From the NCBI GenBank assembly GCA_964510205.1, contig CAZEBW010000001.1:86226-150225 (forward strand): a stretch of DNA of 64,000 nucleotides. The letters run 5' to 3'. The position numbers and the translations under genes are program-made. Source of the DNA: an uncultured Anaerolineae bacterium. Its GTDB lineage: Bacteria; Chloroflexota; Anaerolineae; VGOG01. This document shows positions 58,009 to 64,000 of the stretch, one piece after another. Numbering within the stretch: the first letter of the stretch is position 1; every line of letters starts with the position of its first letter. A model generated the notes under the pieces. The model saw only the letters and a program-made list of their open reading frames with translations, ran no database searches and was not told the origin of the DNA.

Positions 58009-59187
58009 TCAGCGGAGATCCTCGACCTTTTCCCCCGCTTGTACGATGCGCTCCTGCATCTCGCCGATCTGGCTGCGCGCGTAGTCCTGCCAGGTCTGCC
58101 ACAAGGCCGTGATCTGAGCTCGGTTGGCTTTGGCAGCTTCCTCCAGGGGCACAAGGCGTTCCGCGTGCTCCTCGTTCCACCTCTCCTGAGCGCGCCATTG
58201 CTGCTCCCACAGCAGCAGGTTCTTCTTCCAGCGCTTATCGTTCTCGGCCTGCCATTCTTCCAGTTGCTGCCTTTGGCGTTTCTCCGCCAGCCGCTGCAGT
58301 TCCGCCACTTCGGACTGCTCTTGCTTCAGACGTTCCTCGAACTTCTCCAGGTCCGCTAAAGCTTGCTCGCTCCTCTTATACAACTCCGCCGATTGCCGCA
58401 TCTGAATATCGTACTTCTCAATCTTCTCGCGCTGCTCGTCCATCTGCTCGGCCCACTCATCCATCTGTCTCTCGCGCTGTTGCTCGCCGAGCCGGACGGA
58501 CTCGAAGAACTCCTGCTGCTCCTGCTTCAGCTCAGCCGCCTGCAAGTTCAGCTCCCCTATTCGCTGCTCGCTTTTCCTGATCAGTTCCTCCAATAGCTGT
58601 AGCTTTGCAGATTGAGCCTCAGTCCGCTTGAACAGCTCGGGCGTCTCTTGCTGAAGCTCGGCTATGCGTTTGGCGTTTTGCCGGGGCCGCTCTTCGAGAT
58701 AGGGCAAATTCCTCGTCCGGTTTTCGAGGTCTCTACCGAAGTCGGATACCTGCTGCTGCAAGCTCAAGAGGGCTTCCCCCAAGCGCTGATCCTCCGCCCG
58801 TCGCTGCTGCAGTTCCTCCTCGTAGCGGGGTAGTTTCTGCAGTTCCTTCCTGATCTCCCCCAGAGCGCGGGTCTGGCTTTCCTGTTCCACCTGCCTCACC
58901 CTCGCTGCATCCATCTCCTCTTTTCGGCGCTGCTCATCGTGCCTCTCTACGAGCAGCACCAGCTCTTTCCTGAGTTGGTCGAGGGCCTTCTCGAGTTGAG
59001 GGAACTTGGTCAATTGGGCATGCGTGCGCGCCAACCTCGCCTCCTGCTCCTGTATCCTCCTGGCCTGCTCGGCGAGCTCCGCAGACTGGCTCTCCACCCG
59101 CTGTTGGAGCTTGGCCAGGTCGGTCTTATCGCGCCGGCGTTCCTCGTCCAGCCAGGTGACCATCTGACTCAGTTGGTTCAAGTTCAT
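58009..59187 (-). CDS. long coiled-coil protein (E/Q/R-rich, Trp-rich C-terminus), function unknown
   Basis: 392-aa ORF with heptad-like charged sequence throughout. No TM and no enzymatic motif. Confidence 0.55.
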   Translation of the reverse strand: MNLNQLSQMVTWLDEERRRDKTDLAKLQQRVESQSAELAEQARRIQEQEARLARTHAQLTKFPQLEKALDQLRKELVLLVERHDEQRRKEEMDAARVRQVEQESQTRALGEIRKELQKLPRYEEELQQRRAEDQRLGEALLSLQQQVSDFGRDLENRTRNLPYLEERPRQNAKRIAELQQETPELFKRTEAQSAKLQLLEELIRKSEQRIGELNLQAAELKQEQQEFFESVRLGEQQRERQMDEWAEQMDEQREKIEKYDIQMRQSAELYKRSEQALADLEKFEERLKQEQSEVAELQRLAEKRQRQQLEEWQAENDKRWKKNLLLWEQQWRAQERWNEEHAERLVPLEEAAKANRAQITALWQTWQDYARSQIGEMQERIVQAGEKVEDLR

Positions 59188-59509
59188 GTTCCACCTCCCG
59201 TTGGTGATTGGCTCGGGCTAAGCTACGAAGCAACAGTAATTATACAGTTTAAGTCGTCATTTGGCAAAATCACATCCACAGCGATTGAAAGCCGCCTTCA
59301 CATCCTGTCATTGCGAGCCGACCCTTGGACAGGCTCAGAGCAGGCGGCGAGCAAGCCCTTACCTTGCACACGCTTGACACCACTCGTTTTTTCTGTTACA
59401 ATCGAAAAGGTGATGCGACATGTGGGCGCCCAACGCGAACACTTTGCCAGCCAAAGGCTCCCGGGTAGTCTCCTTATGGAGTGTTGCTACGCCAACACGG
59501 GCTGTTTGT

Positions 59510-59597
59510 GTCATTGCGAGGCGCGCTGTTTGCGCCGAAGCAATCCCCAACTCGCTCGTAGGAGATTGCTTCGCTCCTTACGGTCGCTCGCAATGAC
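59510..59597. repeat. family 1 nested palindromic element (plus solo arm at 59307..59318)
   Basis: gtcattgcgaggcgcgctgtttgcgccgaagcaatcccc...ggagattgcttcgc...ctcgcaatgac. Nearly identical to the 16051..16136 copy. Confidence 0.85.
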
Positions 59598-59659
59598 ACG
59601 GCAGCAACACCCAAGCGGGGCACCACCGGCTCCCGCACATTGATGGTTATTGGGGTAAG

Positions 59660-62600
59660 ATGGGACGAATGGGGGGGGGTATCATGGACCACTCAAATCC
59701 GAAGCCTGGGGATCACCTCTGTTGCATCTACGAGACGGAGGAGGAGCACCGGGCGGTGCTGACGCCTTTCCTACGTCAAGGACTGGAGAGCGGCGAGAAG
59801 GTGGTCTACATCGTGGATGCCCGCACCGCCGAGGCCATCCGGGACTACTTGCGCCAGGATGGGCTGGACGTGGAACCGCGCCTAGCCAGCAGGCAGCTGA
59901 GCATCCTCACCCGAGACGATGCCTACATGCGAGAGGGTGTCTTTGACCCAGAGGGTATGATTGCGCTGCTGCGGGCCGAGACCAAGCAGGCCCTGGCCGA
60001 GGGCTACCCGGCTCTGCGGGTGACCGGCGAGATGACCTGGGCGCTGCGGGGGTTGCCCGGTTCCGAGCGGCTGATCGAATACGAGGCCAAGCTGAACGAG
60101 TTCCTTCCTGGCAACCAGTGCTTGGCCATCTGTCAATACGACCGGCGACGCTTTGATTCGGAGGTCTTGCTAGACGTGCTGCGCACCCATCCTATTGCCG
60201 TTATCGGCGCCGACATCTACGACAACTTCTACTACATCCCCCCGGACGATCTGCTGGGCGGCGACCTTGCGGCGGTGGAGCTGGGCTACTGGCTGGAGAA
60301 CCTGGCCAAGCGCAAGGGTACGGAAGAGGCGCTGCGAAAGAGCGAAGAGAAATACAGGAACATCCTCGAAAGCATTGAAGATGGGTATTACGAGGTTGAT
60401 ATCGCCGGGAATTTCACTTTCTTTAATGATGCCTTATGTCAGATGTTAGGGTATTCCAGAGACGAAATGATGGGAATGAACAACAGGCAGTACATGGATA
60501 AAGAAAATGCCAAAAAAGTGTATCAAACATTCAATCGAGTATACACCACGGGGGAGCCTGACAAAGGATTTGATTGGGAGATCATTAGAAAGGATGGTGC
60601 AAAGAAATTTGTTGAAGCTTCCGCTTCTCTGATAAAAAATTCAGAAGGTGAGCCGATTGGGTTTCGCGGCATCGCCCGCGACGTCACCGAGCGGAAGCGC
60701 ATGGAGGAGGCACTTAAGGCAAGTGAAGAGCACTACCGCAGCCTGTTTGACCGCGTGCCCGTGGGGCTCTACCGCACCACGCCGGAGGGACAGGTCCTCG
60801 ACGCCAACTCGGCCCTGGTGCAGATGCTGGGCTACCCAGATCGGGAGTCCCTGTTGGCAGTCGCTGTGACTGACGGTTATGAAGATCCTGAGGAGCGCAC
60901 GCGGTGGCAGGCCCTGATAGAGCGCGAAGGGGTCGTGCGCGACTTTGAGGTGCAGTGGCGACGGCACGATGGAACGATTATCTGGGTGAGGGACAACGCC
61001 CGAGTGGTCCAAGATGGCGAAGGCCAGGTACTGTACTACGAAGGGGCTGTGGAAGACATCACCGAGCGCAAGCAGCGAACCATGGAAATCTCGACCATGC
61101 TAGAGGTAACTAAGGCCGTCTCATCCACGCTCCACCTCGAAGAGGTGCTGACTCTCATCAGTGAGCAGCTGGTCAAGGCTATGGGAGTGGATGGCTGCGC
61201 TCTCTCCCGGTGGGACCAGGAGGCCGATGCAGTTGTCACCTGGATCGAATTTCGTCGTCAGGATCCCGAATGGGCCGACGAGCCAGGCACCACCTATGCC
61301 CTGGACGATTTTCCGGCCACCCGGGCTGTGCTGGAGACTCGCCAACCCCTCGCCATCCACGTCTCTGACCTCGACGCCGATGCGGCCGAGCTTGCGTACA
61401 TGCGGAAAGTGGAAAGCGCAAGCCTGCTCATGTTGCCACTGGCCGTCGGCGATCGGGTCGTCGGTCTGGTCGAATTGGATCAAAGCGAATACGAGCGGGT
61501 CTTCACAGCGGCCGAAATCCGCCTGTGCCAGGCCCTGGCAAACCAGGCGGCCATCGCCATCCGAAACGCGCGGCTGTTTGAGGCCGAACGCAACCAACGT
61601 GAACTGGCCGAGGCGCTGCAGGAAGCGGCCGCTGCCGTCAGCAGTACGCTGGATCTCGACGGGGTGCTGGACCACATCCTGGAGCAGGTGGAACGGGCCG
61701 TCGCCGGGGACGCCTTCAGTGTTATGTTGATCGAAGAGGACATCGCTCATCTGGCCCGCTGGCGAGGGTACGAGCTACCGGGAGAGAAGACACAACCCCT
61801 GCCTTTCGATATCCCCATGACCAAGTACCCCAACCTGATCAAGATGGCGCGGACGGGGAGGCCTATCATTGTGCCCGACACAGCGCTCGACCCCGACTGG
61901 GTCCCGGCGGCAAGGGACCAGGAGTGGCGGCGGTCCTACGTCGGCGTTCCCATCCGGTTGGGGGGCGCGACGGTGGGCTTCCTGGGCGCGAGCGGCACCC
62001 GGCCGGGGCACTTCGGACCCGAAGACGCCCGACGAATGGAGGCCCTTGCCAGTCACGCTGCCACCGCCATTGGGAACGCGCGGCTGCTGGACGCAATCAA
62101 CGAGCATAGAACAGACCTGCAAAGGTTGTCGGTCCAGCTCCTCAGTGCACAGGAGGAAGAACGCAGAAGGCTCTCCTTGGAGCTGCACGATGAGCTTGGA
62201 CAGGCACTGACGGCGATAAGCTTCGATCTGGCAGCCATCGAGAAAGAGCTACCGCCAGAGCTTATCCCCAGGATCAGGGAGATATTGGCCGAGACAGGTT
62301 CGCTGGTCAACGAAGTAGACGACCAGGTCCGTGAGTTGGCCCTTGATCTGCGGCCCTACATGCTGGACGATCTCGGTCTGGTGCCAGCATTACGGTGGTA
62401 CGTGAACCGATACGCCAAGAGACTAAACATCGAGGTCGAGTTTGAAGCGATTGATCTGGAGGACAGGCTGACTGCAGATATGGAAACGGCTCTCTACCGC
62501 GTGGTGCAGGAGGCCTTGACCAACGTGGCCAGGCACGCGCAAGCCAACAGGGTAAGTGTGTGTCTGGAGCGCAAGGTGTCCACAGTGACCGCCTCCATTG

Positions 62601-62770
62601 AAGACGATGGCCGGGGCTTCGATGAAAAGCAGCTTGCAGGCCGTGAAGCCCCGCAGCGTGGCATAGGGCTGTTAGGGATACGAGAAAGGGCGACCTTTCT
62701 GGGAGGCAGCCTCAGTATCCAATCGCATCCAGGGGAGGGAACGCGGCTGGCGATAGAAATGCCTGTGTGA
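59660..62770 (+). CDS. multidomain sensor histidine kinase: MEDS - PAS x2 - GAF x2 - HisKA_3 - HATPase_c
   Basis: GDHLCCIYETEEEHRAVLTPFLRQGLESGEKVVYIV (MEDS). PAS segments with ...RDVTERK. LHDELGQALTAI (HisKA_3 His box). GRGFD...GIGLLGIRERA (ATPase). ATG 59684 is an alternative start. Confidence 0.9.
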   Translation: MGRMGGGIMDHSNPKPGDHLCCIYETEEEHRAVLTPFLRQGLESGEKVVYIVDARTAEAIRDYLRQDGLDVEPRLASRQLSILTRDDAYMREGVFDPEGMIALLRAETKQALAEGYPALRVTGEMTWALRGLPGSERLIEYEAKLNEFLPGNQCLAICQYDRRRFDSEVLLDVLRTHPIAVIGADIYDNFYYIPPDDLLGGDLAAVELGYWLENLAKRKGTEEALRKSEEKYRNILESIEDGYYEVDIAGNFTFFNDALCQMLGYSRDEMMGMNNRQYMDKENAKKVYQTFNRVYTTGEPDKGFDWEIIRKDGAKKFVEASASLIKNSEGEPIGFRGIARDVTERKRMEEALKASEEHYRSLFDRVPVGLYRTTPEGQVLDANSALVQMLGYPDRESLLAVAVTDGYEDPEERTRWQALIEREGVVRDFEVQWRRHDGTIIWVRDNARVVQDGEGQVLYYEGAVEDITERKQRTMEISTMLEVTKAVSSTLHLEEVLTLISEQLVKAMGVDGCALSRWDQEADAVVTWIEFRRQDPEWADEPGTTYALDDFPATRAVLETRQPLAIHVSDLDADAAELAYMRKVESASLLMLPLAVGDRVVGLVELDQSEYERVFTAAEIRLCQALANQAAIAIRNARLFEAERNQRELAEALQEAAAAVSSTLDLDGVLDHILEQVERAVAGDAFSVMLIEEDIAHLARWRGYELPGEKTQPLPFDIPMTKYPNLIKMARTGRPIIVPDTALDPDWVPAARDQEWRRSYVGVPIRLGGATVGFLGASGTRPGHFGPEDARRMEALASHAATAIGNARLLDAINEHRTDLQRLSVQLLSAQEEERRRLSLELHDELGQALTAISFDLAAIEKELPPELIPRIREILAETGSLVNEVDDQVRELALDLRPYMLDDLGLVPALRWYVNRYAKRLNIEVEFEAIDLEDRLTADMETALYRVVQEALTNVARHAQANRVSVCLERKVSTVTASIEDDGRGFDEKQLAGREAPQRGIGLLGIRERATFLGGSLSIQSHPGEGTRLAIEMPV

Positions 62771-62815
62771 TTTGCGATTTGCGATTTGCGATTTGCGATT
62801 GACAAATCGAAAATC
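62768..62815. repeat. heptamer hairpin (GATTTGC)x4 ... AAATCGAAAATCGC, left flank of the four-helix-bundle gene
   Basis: Starts on the kinase stop codon: tgatttgcgatttgcgatttgcgatttgcgattgacaaatcgaaaatcgc. Confidence 0.85.
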
Positions 62816-62830
62816 GCGGAGGGGAGCGAA

Positions 62831-63184
62831 ATGGATGAGGAGGATTTGAAAAGGCGTACGAAGCAGTTTGCGTTGCGGGTGATTCACCTGGTAGAAGCCT
62901 TGCCACGGACGCGAACGGCTCAGGTCGTTGGCGATCAACTCTTGCGTTCGGCGACATCGGTGGCAGCGAATTATCGGGCCGCGTGTCGGGCACGTTCACA
63001 GGCCGATTTCGTGCACAAGTTGGGTATCGTGGAGGAAGAGGCCGACGAATCCCTCTTCTGGCTGGAAATGGTGGCGGAAACTGACCTGATGCCAGCGCCA
63101 CGTGTGCAGGATCTGATCCAAGAGGCTGATGAACTCACGGCCATCTTCGTTGCCTCCCGCAAAACAGCCAAGAAAAAGAAGTGA
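62831..63184 (+). CDS. four-helix-bundle protein (23S rRNA intervening-sequence protein / Avd-like family)
   Basis: FALRVIHLVEALPRTRTAQVVGDQLLRSATSVAANYRAACRARSQADFVHKLGIVEEEADESLFWLEM is the family signature. ATG 62831 with a GGAGGGGAG RBS. Confidence 0.85.
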   Translation: MDEEDLKRRTKQFALRVIHLVEALPRTRTAQVVGDQLLRSATSVAANYRAACRARSQADFVHKLGIVEEEADESLFWLEMVAETDLMPAPRVQDLIQEADELTAIFVASRKTAKKKK

Positions 63185-63238
63185 TTTTCGATTCGCGAAT
63201 GAGAATCGAAAATCGAAAATCGGCAATCGAAAATCGAG
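63183..63238. repeat. heptamer hairpin GATTTTCGATTCGC ... (GAATCGAAAATCG)n, right flank of the four-helix-bundle gene
   Basis: gattttcgattcgcgaatgagaatcgaaaatcgaaaatcggcaatcgaaaatcga. Complementary unit type to the left flank. Confidence 0.85.
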
Positions 63239-63249
63239 AGGGGTGGGTT

Positions 63250-63903
63250 ATGAACAAGATAAGAGTCCTGTTGGCCGAGGATCATACCATCGTTCGCAAG
63301 GGGCTGCGCGCCCTTCTGGAGGGCGAGGCAAACATAGAGGTGATAGGGGAAGCCGAGGATGGGAGAGAGGCCATTCAGAAGGTTGGACAGTTGCACCCCG
63401 ACCTGGTACTGATGGATATCACCATGCCGGCCCTCAACGGCCTGGAGGCTACCCGCCAAATCAAAAAGCTGTTTCCTGGGGTCAAGGTTTTGATTCTGAC
63501 CATGCACGCTAACGAGGAGTACATCTTTCAAATCCTGCGGGCCGGGGCTTCAGGATACGTGGTCAAGAAAGCAGCGCCCACAGAACTGGTCTCGGCCATC
63601 CAGGCCGTTCACCGTGGCGATTCCTTCCTCAGCCCCTCCATCTCCAAGGGCGTCATCGAAGAGTATATCCGGCAGGCCGAGGCGATGACCCTGGACAGTT
63701 ATGATAAACTTACCAACCGCGAACGAGAGGTGCTGCAACTGGTCGCCGAGGGTCACTCGACCCGAGGGATCGCCGAGTTGCTGCACATAACCGAAGGAAC
63801 AGTTCGCAGCCACAGAGCCCATCTGATGAACAAGCTCGATATTCACAGCACGGCAGAACTGACCCAATACGCCAGCCGTAAGGGAGCGATCAGTATAGAG
63901 TAA
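63250..63903 (+). CDS. NarL/FixJ-family response regulator (receiver + LuxR-type HTH)
   Basis: IRVLLAEDHTIVRKGL...DLVLMDITMP receiver. LTNREREVLQLVAEGHSTRGIAELLHITEGTVRSH HTH. Confidence 0.93.
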   Translation: MNKIRVLLAEDHTIVRKGLRALLEGEANIEVIGEAEDGREAIQKVGQLHPDLVLMDITMPALNGLEATRQIKKLFPGVKVLILTMHANEEYIFQILRAGASGYVVKKAAPTELVSAIQAVHRGDSFLSPSISKGVIEEYIRQAEAMTLDSYDKLTNREREVLQLVAEGHSTRGIAELLHITEGTVRSHRAHLMNKLDIHSTAELTQYASRKGAISIE

Positions 63904-63940
63904 TGCCTTAAGATAAGACCTCGCGCTTGCAATGATCAAA

Positions 63941-63971
63941 AGACCCTGCGTTTTCGCAGGGTCTTTTTTTG
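63941..63971 (+). terminator. rho-independent terminator after the response regulator gene
   Basis: agaccctgcg-tttt-cgcagggtct followed by ttttttg. Confidence 0.75.
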
Positions 63972-64000
63972 TTGAAAAATCAACGTTTTTTGTGCCAAAA

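Noticed and set aside
62831-63184. The four-helix-bundle gene as the Avd component of a diversity-generating retroelement.
   Set aside because: There is no reverse transcriptase gene, and no template/variable repeat pair with adenine-specific differences is visible anywhere in the window.

Overview
GC-rich chromosomal segment with no rRNA, CRISPR array, prophage or transposase gene. By inference from gene content only, it probably comes from a Chloroflexota-like (Anaerolineae-type) bacterium.

Gene content, left to right:
- Housekeeping genes: a partial Leu/Ile/Val-type binding protein, hutU, a radical SAM gene, tgt-uppP-pstS-like, MBL hydrolases, an S41 protease and a secreted nuclease.
- rpsT-recA-recX-rny.
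- An ECF sigma/anti-sigma pair and tRNA-Leu(CAA).
- An ArsR-acyltransferase-GT4-CDP-alcohol-transferase operon that looks like phosphatidylinositol-mannoside synthesis.
- nfi and a sirtuin, then a GAF/HD-GYP neighbourhood.
- An anaerobic RNR module (nrdR, nrdD, nrdG).
- A near-complete dcw cluster on the minus strand: mraZ-rsmH-ftsL-ftsI-murF-mraY-murD-ftsW-murG-(2 membrane genes)-murC-(Wzz-like)-murB-ddl-ftsQ-sbp-ftsA-ftsZ. murE is not in it.
- selB, a coiled-coil protein, and a MEDS-PAS-GAF histidine kinase / NarL-type regulator pair.

The unusual layer is non-coding. At least seven families of nested palindromic (MITE/REP-like) elements and heptamer/octamer tandem-repeat hairpins are present.
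- The palindromic elements sit almost only at junctions between functionally coupled genes: sigma|anti-sigma, ftsA|ftsZ, sbp|ftsA, murB|ddl, and the two nrdD ORFs.
- Two heptamer hairpins flank a four-helix-bundle gene inserted exactly between the kinase and its regulator.
- Related tandem repeats are read through in frame inside murC, murG, murD and murF.
- nrdD is split, so its glycyl-radical motif lies on a separate 57-aa ORF.
- The nrd module is bracketed by direct copies of one MITE.

All calls come from reading the translations and sequence by eye. No database search was run.
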